The position numbers and the translations under genes are program-made. Source: Limnothrix sp. BL-A-16 (GTDB lineage Bacteria > Cyanobacteriota > Cyanobacteriia > CACIAM-69d). From it: a stretch of 64,000 nucleotides of DNA. Each line of letters starts with the position of its first letter. Position 1 is the stretch's first letter. The notes under the pieces were generated by a model, which worked only from the letters and a program-made list of their open reading frames with translations, made no database searches and was not told the DNA's origin. The DNA lies in the NCBI GenBank assembly GCA_041937175.2, contig CP166615.1:864001-928000 (forward strand), given 5' to 3'. Below, piece after piece: positions 40,914 through 51,125 of this stretch.

Positions 40914-42254
40914 ATGAGCAGCTTTTCCCGCCGCAAATTCCTGTTCACCGCCGCCACCGCTGCCGGAGCCACCGTCGCAATTCATGGTTGTGCTGCTGGA
41001 GGTGGCAACCAAGCCGCCAGCAGCCCGGCCGGTGGCGACTCCGCCGGGGGCAGCCCTTCGCCGGCCGCCTCGATCGCCCCGCCGGAAGTGACCAAAGCCA
41101 AGCTCGGTTTCATTGCCCTCACCGACGCAGCCCCTCTGATCATCGCCAAGGAAAAGGGCCTCTTCGCCAAATACGGAATGCCCGACGTGGAGGTCATCAA
41201 GCAAGCCTCCTGGGGGGCAACCCGCGACAACCTGGAATTGGGTTCAGCCGGTAACGGCATTGACGGGGCACATATCCTCACCCCAATGCCCTATTTGATG
41301 ACCACCGGCAAAGTCACCAAAAAGCCTCTGCCGATGAACATCCTGGCCCGTCTGAACACCAACGGTCAGGGTATTTCCCTCAGCAAGGATTACTTGGGCA
41401 AAAAGATCACCCTTGATAATCAGCCCTTCAAGGAAGCCCTAGCCAAAGCCAAAGCAGGCGGCAAGGACGTGAAAGTGGCGGTCACTTTCCCCGGCGGCAC
41501 CCACGATCTCTGGATGCGCTACTGGCTGGCGGCTGGCGGCATCGATCCCAATAAAGATGTATCCGTGATCGTGGTTCCTCCAGCACAAATGGTTGCCAAT
41601 GTAAAAACCAACACCATGGAAGCCTTCTGTGTGGGTGAGCCTTGGAATGCCCAAACCGTTGCCCAAAAGGTCGGTTTCTCGGCCTTGGTGACCGGCGAGC
41701 TGTGGAAAGATCACCCGGAAAAGGCCTTTGCGATGCGTGCCGATTGGGTGGAAAAGAACCCGAACGCCACCAAAGCCCTGACCATGGCCGTGCTGGAAGC
41801 GCAAATGTGGTGCGACAAGCCCGAGAACAAGGCAGAAATGTGCGACATCATCAGCAAGCGCGAGTGGCTGAAGATCAAGGCGGAAGATATTTTGGGTCGT
41901 TCCCAAGGCAACATTGACTTTGGCGATGGGCGCAAGGAAGAGAACTTCCCGCTAGCCATGAAGTTCTGGGCAGACTTTGCCTCCTATCCCTTCAAGAGCC
42001 ACGACCTGTGGTTTGTCACGGAAGACATTCGCTGGGGTTACTTGCCGGAAAGTACTGACACCAAGGCTCTCATTGATCAGGTGAACCGGGAGGACATTTG
42101 GCGCGAGGCAGCCAAGGCGCTGGGTGTGCCCGAGGCGGAAATTCCCAAGGATACGTCGCGTGGGGTGGAAACCTTCTTCGATGGGGTGAAGTTTGACCCA
42201 GAAAATCCCAAGGCCTATCTCGATGGTCTGAAGATCAAAGCCATGAAAGCCTAG
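40914..42254 (+). CDS. nrtA: Nitrate/nitrite ABC transporter substrate-binding lipoprotein
   Basis: SRRKFL signal and lipobox HGC; LGFIALTDAAPL and TFPGGTHD motifs; operon position after nirA. Confidence 0.96.
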   Translation: MSSFSRRKFLFTAATAAGATVAIHGCAAGGGNQAASSPAGGDSAGGSPSPAASIAPPEVTKAKLGFIALTDAAPLIIAKEKGLFAKYGMPDVEVIKQASWGATRDNLELGSAGNGIDGAHILTPMPYLMTTGKVTKKPLPMNILARLNTNGQGISLSKDYLGKKITLDNQPFKEALAKAKAGGKDVKVAVTFPGGTHDLWMRYWLAAGGIDPNKDVSVIVVPPAQMVANVKTNTMEAFCVGEPWNAQTVAQKVGFSALVTGELWKDHPEKAFAMRADWVEKNPNATKALTMAVLEAQMWCDKPENKAEMCDIISKREWLKIKAEDILGRSQGNIDFGDGRKEENFPLAMKFWADFASYPFKSHDLWFVTEDIRWGYLPESTDTKALIDQVNREDIWREAAKALGVPEAEIPKDTSRGVETFFDGVKFDPENPKAYLDGLKIKAMKA

Positions 42255-42397
42255 GGTCTGTTGTCATTTCCTGGAATCTAGTGAGGATGGTTGATCTGCC
42301 ATACCCAAATGATCGCAACAAGGGGCTTAAGCCCCTTGTCCCCACGATCCGTTCACGCTGGAATCAGGGTTTTAGACAATTTGACAACAAGCCCTAG
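42251..42397. mobile_element. Complete MITE-like element, family A (~141 bp, TA duplication within CTAG), overlapping the nrtA stop
   Basis: TIRs TAGGGTCTGTTGTCA / TGACAACAAGCCCTA (13 of 15); perfect 22-bp palindrome ACAAGGGGCTTAAGCCCCTTGT at 42318-42339. Confidence 0.82.
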
Positions 42398-42838
42398 GGC
42401 TGGGTTGTGAATCGAATGTTGTCAGGCAATCGAAACCTTTGATTCAGGAATGGTTGCCATATTGAAGAGAAGGCTGAAGCTACCATCAACGGTTTTCCTC
42501 GATCGAGATTGCTTGATCAAGATCGCTCGATCAAGATCGTCAGCTCGAAATTACCGAGTCCAACGACTGTAGACAACCAGTGAATCAAATGACTTGATCC
42601 AGTGGCTTGACTCCAATCATCAGACCAACGCATCTCAAGTGCATCAGATCAATGGTTGAGATCAATGGTTGATCAATGGTTAGTGAGCAGAAGTGATCAG
42701 ACTTGCTAATTTCGTTGATGGTGATCCGTTGCTTGAGGATTTCAGTCATCTGCGGACAAGAGCAACGATCGACTCAGGCTCAAAAATCGAATGCTCAACG
42801 ATCGATTGAGGATTTAATCACACTCAGGTTTGACCACC

Positions 42839-43678
42839 ATGGCTGCAAGTAGTTCTAGTTCGCTCGTTGATTCGATTATTCGCTTTGTGCCGCTGTCTAA
42901 GAAAAATGCCCGTAAAGTGATTGCGGCCATTGCGGGAACGCTCATTTGCTTAGTGGCTTGGCAGGCGATCTGCTCCATTCCCGGAGCACCCCTGCCGGGG
43001 CCATTGGAGGTGTTTAGCGACACGCAGGAATTGATTGTGGGTGCGTTCGATCGCACGGATCCGAATAGCACCGACGTGGGCATTTTTTGGCATTTAATGG
43101 CCAGCTTGCAGCGGGTGGCGATCGGCTTTTCAGCGGCGGCAATTATTGGGGTTTTAGTAGGGATTGTGATCGGCAGCAATCCGCTAATCAATGACGCGCT
43201 GGATCCGGTTTTTCAACTGTTGCGAACCATCCCGCCATTGGCTTGGCTGCCCATTTCCTTGGAAGCCTTGAAAAACAACCAATCAGCGGCATTGTTTGTG
43301 ATTTTCATTACGGCGGTTTGGCCCGTTTTGCTGAACACAGTAACCGGTGTACAGCAAGTGCCCCAGGACTACAAAAACGTGGCTCGGGTGCTGCGGTTGG
43401 GTCGGGTGGAATATTTCCTGAACGTGCTGTTTCCGGCCACGGTTCCCTATGTGTTCACGGGTCTGCGAATTGGTGTGGGTCTGTCGTGGTTGGCCATTGT
43501 GGCGGCGGAAATGCTGGTGGGCGGTGTTGGCATTGGGTTCTTTATTTGGGATGCCTACAACAGCTCGCTGACCAGTGAAATTATCCTGGCGCTGATTTTT
43601 GTGGGCTTGGTGGGGCTGTTGCTCGATCGATTCGTGGCCTTTTTGGGCAGCCTTGCCGTGCCGCCGGAACGCCGCTAA
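42839..43678 (+). CDS. nrtB: Nitrate ABC transporter permease
   Basis: SLQRVAIGF, LRTIPPLAWLP and GLRIGVGLSWLAIVAAEM. Confidence 0.96.
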   Translation: MAASSSSSLVDSIIRFVPLSKKNARKVIAAIAGTLICLVAWQAICSIPGAPLPGPLEVFSDTQELIVGAFDRTDPNSTDVGIFWHLMASLQRVAIGFSAAAIIGVLVGIVIGSNPLINDALDPVFQLLRTIPPLAWLPISLEALKNNQSAALFVIFITAVWPVLLNTVTGVQQVPQDYKNVARVLRLGRVEYFLNVLFPATVPYVFTGLRIGVGLSWLAIVAAEMLVGGVGIGFFIWDAYNSSLTSEIILALIFVGLVGLLLDRFVAFLGSLAVPPERR

Positions 43679-43730
43679 CGGGCGAAGTTTGGGCATAGCT
43701 TGATCACTCACTCCTCGATCGCACAACACC

Positions 43731-45746
43731 ATGACTCCTTTTCTGGAAATCGATCACGTTGACAAAATCTTTCCGCTGCCGGGGGGCGATCGCTACATCG
43801 CGCTTCAAAACATCAACGTTGAGATCAAGCAGGGGGAATTTATTTCCCTGATTGGTCACTCCGGTTGCGGTAAGTCCACCCTGCTGAACATCATTGCGGG
43901 CCTCGATCGCCCCACCAGTGGCGGGGCCATTTTGAACGGTCGCCAAATCGAAGCCCCCGGGCCCGATCGGATGGTGGTGTTCCAAAACTATTCCCTGCTG
44001 CCCTGGAAAACCGTCCGCGACAACATCGCCCTGGCCGTGAACACGGTGCTCAAGAACCTGCCCAAGGAAGAGCGGCGGGCGATCGTGGAAGAAAATATTC
44101 AGCTCGTTGGGTTGGCCCACGCGGCCGATAAGCTTCCCGGCGAACTGTCCGGCGGCATGAAACAGCGGGTGGCGATCGCCCGGGCCCTGGCCACGCGGCC
44201 CCAGGTGTTGTTGCTTGATGAACCCTTCGGGGCCTTGGATGCCCTGACCCGGGGCGGCCTGCAAGAGCAACTGATGCGCATTTGCGAAGAGAGCCATGTC
44301 ACTTGCGTGATGGTGACCCACGATGTGGACGAGGCCCTGCTCCTGAGCGATCGGGTGGTGATGCTCACCACTGGCCCCGCCGCCCATGTGGGGCAAATTC
44401 TGGAAGTGGATATTCCCCGTCCCCGCAGCCGCATGGATGTGGTGAACCATCCCAGCTACTACAGCCTGCGCAACGAAATCGTTTACTTCCTCAATCAACA
44501 AAAACGTTCCAAGAAACGGAAAATTGCGGCCCCTGTGGTGGCGGCTGGCAACGGCCTGGAAAAGGTCAACTTGGAGCTAGGCTTCATTCCCCTCACCGAC
44601 TGTGCGCCGCTGGCGATCGCGCGGGAAAAAGGCTTCTTTGCCAAGCATGGTTTGGAGCAGGTGACCCTTCAGCGCAAACCCAACTGGAAATCGATCGCCC
44701 ATGGAGTCGCCAGCGGCCAGCTCGACGCGGCCCAAATGGTGACCGGAATGCCCTTGGCCATGACCCTGGGCAGCAGCGAAAGCGAACCCGTGCCGATCCA
44801 AGCCTCCATGGTGCTGTCCCGCAACGGCAACGCCATCACCTGGGGCAAGCGCCTGATTGAACAGGGCGTGAATGACCTGGCCACCTTCAAGAGCCTGATT
44901 GAGCGGGATCCGGACAAGGTACATACCTTCGCCATGGTGCATCCGGCTTCCATGCACAACCTGTTGCTGCGGCATTGGTTCGCCTCCGGAGGCATTGACC
45001 CCGATTGGGATATCAGCTTGGCCACCGTACCGCCGCCACAGATGGTCTCGAACCTGAAGGCGGGCAACATTGACGGCTATTGCGTGGGCGAGCCTTGGAA
45101 CTCCCGAGCCGTGCAAGAGGGCATTGGTCAAATTATCGCCACCGATCTCGACCTGTTCCCGGGCCATGTGGAAAAGGTGCTGGGGGTGCGGGAAGATTGG
45201 GCCCAGGCCTATCCCAATACCCATGCGGCGCTGCTGACGGCCCTGCTGGAGGCCTGTGAATATTGCGATGATCATCGCAACCGGGCCGAAGTGTTGGAAA
45301 TTTTGGCCCGCCCCGACTATGTGGGGCTGCCCGTGGAAATGATTGCGCCCGGGTTCCTGTCGCCGCTCGATCGGGGGGATGGCTCTGAGTCCCAAGCGCT
45401 CTACACGTTCCATCAGTTCTTTGTGAACCGATCGGCCTGTCCCGACAGGGTGCAGTCCCTTTGGACCTTGGCCCAGATGGCCCGCTGGGAAATTACCCCC
45501 TTCCCCCGCAACTGGGTGGAGGTGATGGAACGGGTGAACCCCACGGCCACCTATCTGACTGCGGCTCGCAATTTGGGACTGCCGGAGGTGGAATTAGACC
45601 GCAAGCCGATCGTCCTGTTTGATGGCCAGACCTTTGACCCCGATCGCCCGATCGACTACCTCGACAACCTGGCGATTAAGCGCAATATCCGTGTGGCCGA
45701 AATTCGGGTCGATGAAATCTTTAGTTGCTCCGTTTCCCCTAGTTAA
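43731..45746 (+). CDS. nrtC: Nitrate ABC transporter ATP-binding protein with C-terminal NrtA-like regulatory domain
   Basis: GHSGCGKST, LSGGMKQR and LDEPFGALD; C-terminal GFIPLTDCAPL domain. Confidence 0.97.
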   Translation: MTPFLEIDHVDKIFPLPGGDRYIALQNINVEIKQGEFISLIGHSGCGKSTLLNIIAGLDRPTSGGAILNGRQIEAPGPDRMVVFQNYSLLPWKTVRDNIALAVNTVLKNLPKEERRAIVEENIQLVGLAHAADKLPGELSGGMKQRVAIARALATRPQVLLLDEPFGALDALTRGGLQEQLMRICEESHVTCVMVTHDVDEALLLSDRVVMLTTGPAAHVGQILEVDIPRPRSRMDVVNHPSYYSLRNEIVYFLNQQKRSKKRKIAAPVVAAGNGLEKVNLELGFIPLTDCAPLAIAREKGFFAKHGLEQVTLQRKPNWKSIAHGVASGQLDAAQMVTGMPLAMTLGSSESEPVPIQASMVLSRNGNAITWGKRLIEQGVNDLATFKSLIERDPDKVHTFAMVHPASMHNLLLRHWFASGGIDPDWDISLATVPPPQMVSNLKAGNIDGYCVGEPWNSRAVQEGIGQIIATDLDLFPGHVEKVLGVREDWAQAYPNTHAALLTALLEACEYCDDHRNRAEVLEILARPDYVGLPVEMIAPGFLSPLDRGDGSESQALYTFHQFFVNRSACPDRVQSLWTLAQMARWEITPFPRNWVEVMERVNPTATYLTAARNLGLPEVELDRKPIVLFDGQTFDPDRPIDYLDNLAIKRNIRVAEIRVDEIFSCSVSPS

Positions 45747-45830
45747 GGGGCCCGCCTGTGGCCCGATGCCGATCGCCCCAACTCTTCATCCTCTGACTCG
45801 ATCGACCCCTTCTTCAGCCCTGGCAATCCT

Positions 45831-46673
45831 ATGCAAACCCTCTCTTCTCAAACCGTCCCGCCCATGGTTGTCGCAGCGGAACCCGATTTTTTGGTAATTG
45901 ACCAAGTGTCCAAGGTCTATCAAACGCCCAAGGGGCCCTATCCCGTGCTGGATGGGGTCAATTTGCGGGTGGCCGAAGGTGAATTTGTTTCGGTAATTGG
46001 TCACTCGGGTTGCGGCAAGTCCACCCTATTGAACATGGTTTCGGGCTTTGCGGAACCGACGGCGGGTGAAGTGCGCCTAGAACAGCAACGAATCACCCGG
46101 CCCGGCCCCGATCGGATGGTGGTGTTCCAAAACTATGCCCTGCTGCCCTGGAAAACCGTTTTGGAAAATGTGTTGTTGGCGGTGAAAGCCGTTTACACCA
46201 CCCAACCCAAGGAAGCACAGCGGCAATTGGCCCTGAAGTATTTGGAAATGGTGGGGCTGAGCGAGGCGATCCACAAACGGCCGGCGGAAATTTCCGGGGG
46301 GATGAAACAGCGGGTGTCGATCGCCCGGGCCCTGGCCATTTGCCCCAAGGTGTTGATTTTAGATGAACCCTTTGGGGCGTTGGATCCCATCACCCGCGAA
46401 GAATTGCAGGACGAGTTGCTGCAAATCTGGCGGGAAAATCAGGTCACGGTGTTGATGATCACCCACGACATTGATGAGGCGCTCTACCTGTCCGATCGGT
46501 TGGTGATGATGACCAACGGCCCCGCCGCCAAGATTGGGGAGGTGATGGATATTCCGTTCCCCCGACCGCGCGATCGGGCCCGACTTTTGGAAGATCCCAA
46601 ATATTACGAACTGCGCAACTACGCGCTCGACTTCCTCTACAACCGCTATGCCCACGATGACGCGGCGGAATAG
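45831..46673 (+). CDS. nrtD: Nitrate ABC transporter ATP-binding protein
   Basis: GHSGCGKST, ISGGMKQR and C-terminal LRNYALDFLY.RYAH. Confidence 0.96.
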   Translation: MQTLSSQTVPPMVVAAEPDFLVIDQVSKVYQTPKGPYPVLDGVNLRVAEGEFVSVIGHSGCGKSTLLNMVSGFAEPTAGEVRLEQQRITRPGPDRMVVFQNYALLPWKTVLENVLLAVKAVYTTQPKEAQRQLALKYLEMVGLSEAIHKRPAEISGGMKQRVSIARALAICPKVLILDEPFGALDPITREELQDELLQIWRENQVTVLMITHDIDEALYLSDRLVMMTNGPAAKIGEVMDIPFPRPRDRARLLEDPKYYELRNYALDFLYNRYAHDDAAE

Positions 46674-46739
46674 GCCCTAGGGTCGGCCCCCGATCGGCTC
46701 TGGGTTTTGCTTTTTCCTCAGTTCAACATTCAGTTCAAC

Positions 46740-46761
46740 GCCCCGCCAGGGGCATTTTTTT
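46740..46761 (+). terminator. Intrinsic terminator-like hairpin between nrtD and narB
   Basis: GCCCC-GCCA-GGGGC followed by ATTTTTTT. Confidence 0.6.
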
Positions 46762-46872
46762 GACTCATGGCCCGCTGGGATCGTTGTCTAGCTGATTGGT
46801 TTGACTGCCTTTGCCCTGGCTCGACCTATTTTCACCACTTATTCGCAACTTAGAAGTTGTTTTAACTAATCC

Positions 46873-49011
46873 ATGGAATCTGTCAGAACCGTTTGTCCCT
46901 ATTGCGGCGTGGGGTGTGGTTTGGAAGTGGTGCAAGGGCCGGCGGGGCCCAAGGTGCGGGGCGATCGGGCCCATCCTTCCAGCCAAGGCATGGTTTGCGT
47001 GAAGGGGGCAACGATTTTGGAGTCGATCGACCGCGATCGGCTGCTGTACCCCCTGTGGCGATCCGCTTTGGATCAAGACTTTCAGCGGATTAGTTGGGAC
47101 GAGGCCTTTGAGGCGATCGTGGATCGCATCCAAACCGTTTTGGCCAACCAAGGGCCCGACGGCCTCTGTATGTATGGCTCCGGGCAGTTTGTCACGGAGG
47201 ATTACTACACGGCCCAAAAGCTGATCAAGGGTTGCCTGGGAACCAACAATTTTGATGCCAATTCGCGGCTTTGCATGTCTTCGGCCGTCTCGGGCTACTT
47301 ACGCAGCTTTGGAGCCGATGGACCTCCCTGTAGCTATGACGATTTGGAGCTGACCGATTGCCTGTTCGCGATCGGGACGAACACGGCCGAATGTCACCCG
47401 ATCGTCTTTAACCGGTTCCGCAAACACCACAAGGCCAACCCCGATCGGGTGCGATTGGTGGTGGTGGATCCCCGCTGCACCGAAACAGGTCAGGTGGCCG
47501 ATCTCCATTTGCCCATTCGCCCCGGCACGGACATTGATTTGTTGAACGGCATGGCCCACCTGTTGCTGAAGTGGGATCAGATCGATCGCGCCTATATCGA
47601 AGCCCACACGGGCGGCTTTGCAGCCTACGAAGATCTGCTGCAACATTACCAGCCCGATCGTGTGGCCGATCGCTGCGGCATTGCGGCGGAGTCGATCGAG
47701 GCGGCGGCCCGGATTTGGGCCCAGAGCGATCGGGTCTTGTCCCTTTGGTCCATGGGCATTAACCAATCCTCCGAAGGCACAGCCAAAGTGCGCAGCATCA
47801 TTAACCTGCACCTGCTGACGGGGCAAATGGGCAAACCGGGCGCGGGGCCCTTTTCCCTCACCGGACAACCCAACGCCATGGGCGGCCGCGAGGCCGGCGG
47901 CTTGTCGCGGTTGCTGCCGGGCTATCGCTCCGTTACCAATCCCCAGCACCGGGCCGAAGTGGAGGATTTTTGGAACCTGCCCCCGGGCCGCATTTCCCCC
48001 ACACCGGGCCGGGCCGCCTGGGAAATTGTGGAAGGGCTGGAGGCGGGAGCGGTGGGCCTGTTGTGGATTGCGGCCACCAATCCCGCCGTGAGTTTTCCCG
48101 ACCTGAACCGCACCAAAGCCGCCCTGAGCCGATCGCCCTTCACGATCTATCAAGAAGCCTATTACCCCACGGAAACCAGCGCCTTTGCCCATTTGCTGTT
48201 GCCGGCCACCCAATGGAGCGAAAAAACCGGCACGATGACCAATTCCGAGCGGATGGTGACCCTTTCCCAGGCGTTTCAGCCCCCTCCGGGAGAAGCCAAG
48301 GAAGATTGGGCCATCTTTGCGGAGGTGGGCCGACGGCTCGGCTTCCAAGAACAGTTTTGGTTCCAATCCTCGGCGGAGGTCTACGGCGAATTTGTGCAAC
48401 TGACCCAAGGCCGTCCCTGCGACATGACCGGTTTGAGCCACGATCAGCTCAGAACCGCCGGCCCCCAACAATGGCCGTTCCCGGCGGATGGGGCGATCGA
48501 CCCTCCACAGCCAGCCCCCACCAAGCGGTTGTATACCGATGGGCAATTCCACACCCCCGATCGGCGGGCGCAATTTCTGGCGGTTCACTCGCGCGGGCTG
48601 GCGGAACCACCCGATGCGGCCTATCCCTTCGTGTTGACCGTGGGCCGACTCTATGGCCATTGGCACACCCAAACCCGCACCGGTCGAATTGAAAAAATCA
48701 AAAAGCTGCACCCAAATCCCTTCATCGAAATTCATCCCAAGGATGCGGAACCCTTGGGCATTCGGGAGGGCGATTGGGTGGCGGTGAAGTCGCGCCGGGG
48801 CGATGGGCGGTTTCCGGCGAAGGTGACTCGGGCGATCGCGCCGGGAACCGTGTTTGTGCCCATGCATTGGGGATCCCTGTGGGGTGACGGGGCCGAAGCC
48901 AATGCCCTCACCCATCCGGAAGCTTGTCCCGACTCCTTTGAACCGGAACTGAAGGCTTGTGCGGTTCAGTTACAAAAACTGGCCGCGCCGTCCACCGCTG
49001 CGGATAATTGA
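46873..49011 (+). CDS. narB: Ferredoxin-nitrate reductase (molybdopterin)
   Basis: CPYCGVGCG...CVKG Fe-S motif, [21 protein letters not shown] and EPELKACAV. Confidence 0.98.
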   Translation: MESVRTVCPYCGVGCGLEVVQGPAGPKVRGDRAHPSSQGMVCVKGATILESIDRDRLLYPLWRSALDQDFQRISWDEAFEAIVDRIQTVLANQGPDGLCMYGSGQFVTEDYYTAQKLIKGCLGTNNFDANSRLCMSSAVSGYLRSFGADGPPCSYDDLELTDCLFAIGTNTAECHPIVFNRFRKHHKANPDRVRLVVVDPRCTETGQVADLHLPIRPGTDIDLLNGMAHLLLKWDQIDRAYIEAHTGGFAAYEDLLQHYQPDRVADRCGIAAESIEAAARIWAQSDRVLSLWSMGINQSSEGTAKVRSIINLHLLTGQMGKPGAGPFSLTGQPNAMGGREAGGLSRLLPGYRSVTNPQHRAEVEDFWNLPPGRISPTPGRAAWEIVEGLEAGAVGLLWIAATNPAVSFPDLNRTKAALSRSPFTIYQEAYYPTETSAFAHLLLPATQWSEKTGTMTNSERMVTLSQAFQPPPGEAKEDWAIFAEVGRRLGFQEQFWFQSSAEVYGEFVQLTQGRPCDMTGLSHDQLRTAGPQQWPFPADGAIDPPQPAPTKRLYTDGQFHTPDRRAQFLAVHSRGLAEPPDAAYPFVLTVGRLYGHWHTQTRTGRIEKIKKLHPNPFIEIHPKDAEPLGIREGDWVAVKSRRGDGRFPAKVTRAIAPGTVFVPMHWGSLWGDGAEANALTHPEACPDSFEPELKACAVQLQKLAAPSTAADN

Positions 49012-49081
49012 GGTTGGTCCGCCAGATCTCGCTTGCAACCTGTGAAGCTGCAAGTTATCCAACTCACTCGAAGGGTTTGAA

Positions 49082-49390
49082 ATGTCGAAATCTGTCAGTA
49101 ATGAAGCGATCGAAACCCTGGCCGCAGAGATGGGCGATGTGGCCTATCTGGACATTGCCAAATGGCATCTCGATTTGGCCCATGCCAATTTGCATAGTGC
49201 CCTCGCTGAAAAAATCTATCCCCTCTTGCTCGATCGCACCTTCAGCCGTGCCAAACTGACCGCTTTGTTAGGGGAAATGGCGATCGAAATTGGAGCCGGT
49301 AAGCGATCGATTCCCCTGCTGGATTTCATTCCCGATCGGGAAGTGGAACGGCTTTATCAGGCGATCGATGACTACCAAGCCAAGCTCTAG
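49082..49390 (+). CDS. DUF3181 family (thylakoid-associated) protein
   Basis: IE.LA...GD..YLDIAKWHL.L..A.L...LAE and IG.G...IPL.DFIP motifs. Confidence 0.8.
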   Translation: MSKSVSNEAIETLAAEMGDVAYLDIAKWHLDLAHANLHSALAEKIYPLLLDRTFSRAKLTALLGEMAIEIGAGKRSIPLLDFIPDREVERLYQAIDDYQAKL

Positions 49391-49612
49391 GAAGACGAAT
49401 CAGAGTGCCAATTGGGGGGGCTAATTAAAAGGCTCATGAGTCATTTTCGGTTGCGGCCCCATTGCTCAGCCATCGATGCCAACCATGCAAAATCACTCCC
49501 AAGTCACTCCAAAGTCAAGAAGTCCTCAAAGTTGGTACGCTAACTGACCGTTGCGATCGCCCGGGCCGTGCCTACAATATGGGGTTGTTTTCTCGCAGCT
49601 TGAGCAAAATAC

Positions 49613-50818
49613 ATGGGTCGCGCCAAGAAAGTTGTCCTCGCCTACTCCGGCGGTGTGGATACCTCCGTTTGCATTCCCTACCTGATGCAGGAATGGGGCG
49701 TTGAAGAAGTCATTACCCTGGCCGCCGACTTAGGGCAAGGCGACGAACTGGGCCCCATCAAGCAAAAAGCCCTCGACTCCGGAGCCAGTACTTCGCTGGT
49801 GGCGGATCTGCGGGCCGAGTTTGTGCAGGATTATGCGTTCCCGGCCCTGCGGGCCAATGCCCTTTACGAAAACCGCTATCCCCTGTCAACGGCCCTGGCG
49901 CGCCCGCTGATTGCCAAGGCGCTCGTGGAGGCGGCGGCGGAATATGGCGCAGACGCGGTAGCCCACGGCTGCACGGGCAAGGGCAACGACCAAGTGCGGT
50001 TTGATGTGGCGATCGCGGCCCTCGATCCCAGCATCAAGGTGTTGGCTCCGGCTCGCGAGTGGGGCTTCAGCCGCGAAGAAACGATCGCCTACGGGGAAAA
50101 GTTCGGGATTCCCGCGCCCGTCAAGAAAAAGTCGCCCTTCAGCATCGATCGCAACCTACTGGGCCGCAGCATTGAAGCGGGCCCCCTCGAGGATCCCTGG
50201 ACGGAACCGCCGGAAGAAATTTACCTGATGACCAAGGCGATCGCCGACACGCCGGATGAGCCGGACTATGTGGAAATCGGCTTTGAAGCGGGCACACCGA
50301 TCACCCTGGACGGCCGCACCTTGGACTCGATCGCCCTGATTGAAGAACTCAACACCCGCGTTGGCAACCACGGCATCGGCCGAATCGACATGGTGGAAAA
50401 CCGCCTGGTGGGGATTAAGTCCCGCGAAATCTATGAAGTGCCGGCCCTGTCGGTGCTGATCGCCGCCCACCGGGATCTGGAAAGCCTGACCCTGACCGCC
50501 GATGTGAGCCACTACAAGCGCGGCATCGAAGAAACCTACAGCCAACTGATCTACAACGGTCTCTGGTACAGCCCCTTGAAGGCAGCGCTGGACGGATTCA
50601 TTAACGAAACCCAAAAGCGGGTCACCGGCACGGTGCGGATCAAACTGTTCAAGGGCAATGCGGCGATCGTCGGTCGCAAGTCCGAACAGAGTCTTTACAC
50701 GCCGGAACTGGCCACCTACGGGTCTGATGATGAGTTTGACCACAAGGCCGCCGAGGGCTTCATCTATGTTTGGGGTCTGCCGACGCGGGTTTGGTCAGAA
50801 AAACTGCGCCAAGGCTAG
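49613..50818 (+). CDS. argG: Argininosuccinate synthase
   Basis: [26 protein letters not shown] and [14 protein letters not shown]. Confidence 0.99.
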   Translation: MGRAKKVVLAYSGGVDTSVCIPYLMQEWGVEEVITLAADLGQGDELGPIKQKALDSGASTSLVADLRAEFVQDYAFPALRANALYENRYPLSTALARPLIAKALVEAAAEYGADAVAHGCTGKGNDQVRFDVAIAALDPSIKVLAPAREWGFSREETIAYGEKFGIPAPVKKKSPFSIDRNLLGRSIEAGPLEDPWTEPPEEIYLMTKAIADTPDEPDYVEIGFEAGTPITLDGRTLDSIALIEELNTRVGNHGIGRIDMVENRLVGIKSREIYEVPALSVLIAAHRDLESLTLTADVSHYKRGIEETYSQLIYNGLWYSPLKAALDGFINETQKRVTGTVRIKLFKGNAAIVGRKSEQSLYTPELATYGSDDEFDHKAAEGFIYVWGLPTRVWSEKLRQG

Positions 50819-50897
50819 GGCTGGTCGGCAAATTGTCCGAGATTCTCTTGCCTGAAACCCTGATTCCGCCGCGAAGATCGTAGGGAGCAAGGGGCTT
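50815..50897. mobile_element. Partial family A MITE-like copy starting at the argG stop codon
   Basis: CTAGGGCTGGTCGGCAAAT...CTGAAACCCTGATTCC...GATCGTAGGGAGCAAGGGGCTT, similar to the 19470 copy. Confidence 0.65.
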
Positions 50898-50923
50898 GAT
50901 GGCCTGTCGTCATTTCCATCGCC

Positions 50924-51025
50924 GTAGGGGTTGGGTCTCCCAACCCTAACCCGAGTGATCGCCACAACCCCGCCCAGCCCTGGAACCGGGATCGCAGGGG
51001 CTGGGCGTGGAGACCCCGCCCCTAC
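50924..51025. repeat. REP doublet (REPIN-like): two inverted GTAG-type REPs
   Basis: GTAGGGGTTGGGTCTCCCAACCC (50924-50946) and, on the reverse strand, GTAGGGGCGGGGTCTCCACGCCC (51003-51025). Confidence 0.8.
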
Positions 51026-51048
51026 GATTAAACCCATGACAGGCCCTT

Positions 51049-51090
51049 AACCCGTTTCAGCCAGTCTCGATCGGCTGGTTGGAACGGGTT
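51049..51090. terminator. Strong hairpin downstream of argG
   Basis: AACCCGTTTCAGCCAG...CTGGTTGGAACGGGTT. Confidence 0.45.
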
Positions 51091-51125
51091 TAAACTGGGA
51101 AAGCGACCCTGAGGCAAAAGTTCCC

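Noticed and set aside
47299..48915. 538-aa minus-strand ORF
   Set aside because: Antisense shadow of narB, as expected with GC-biased codons; no recognisable motifs.
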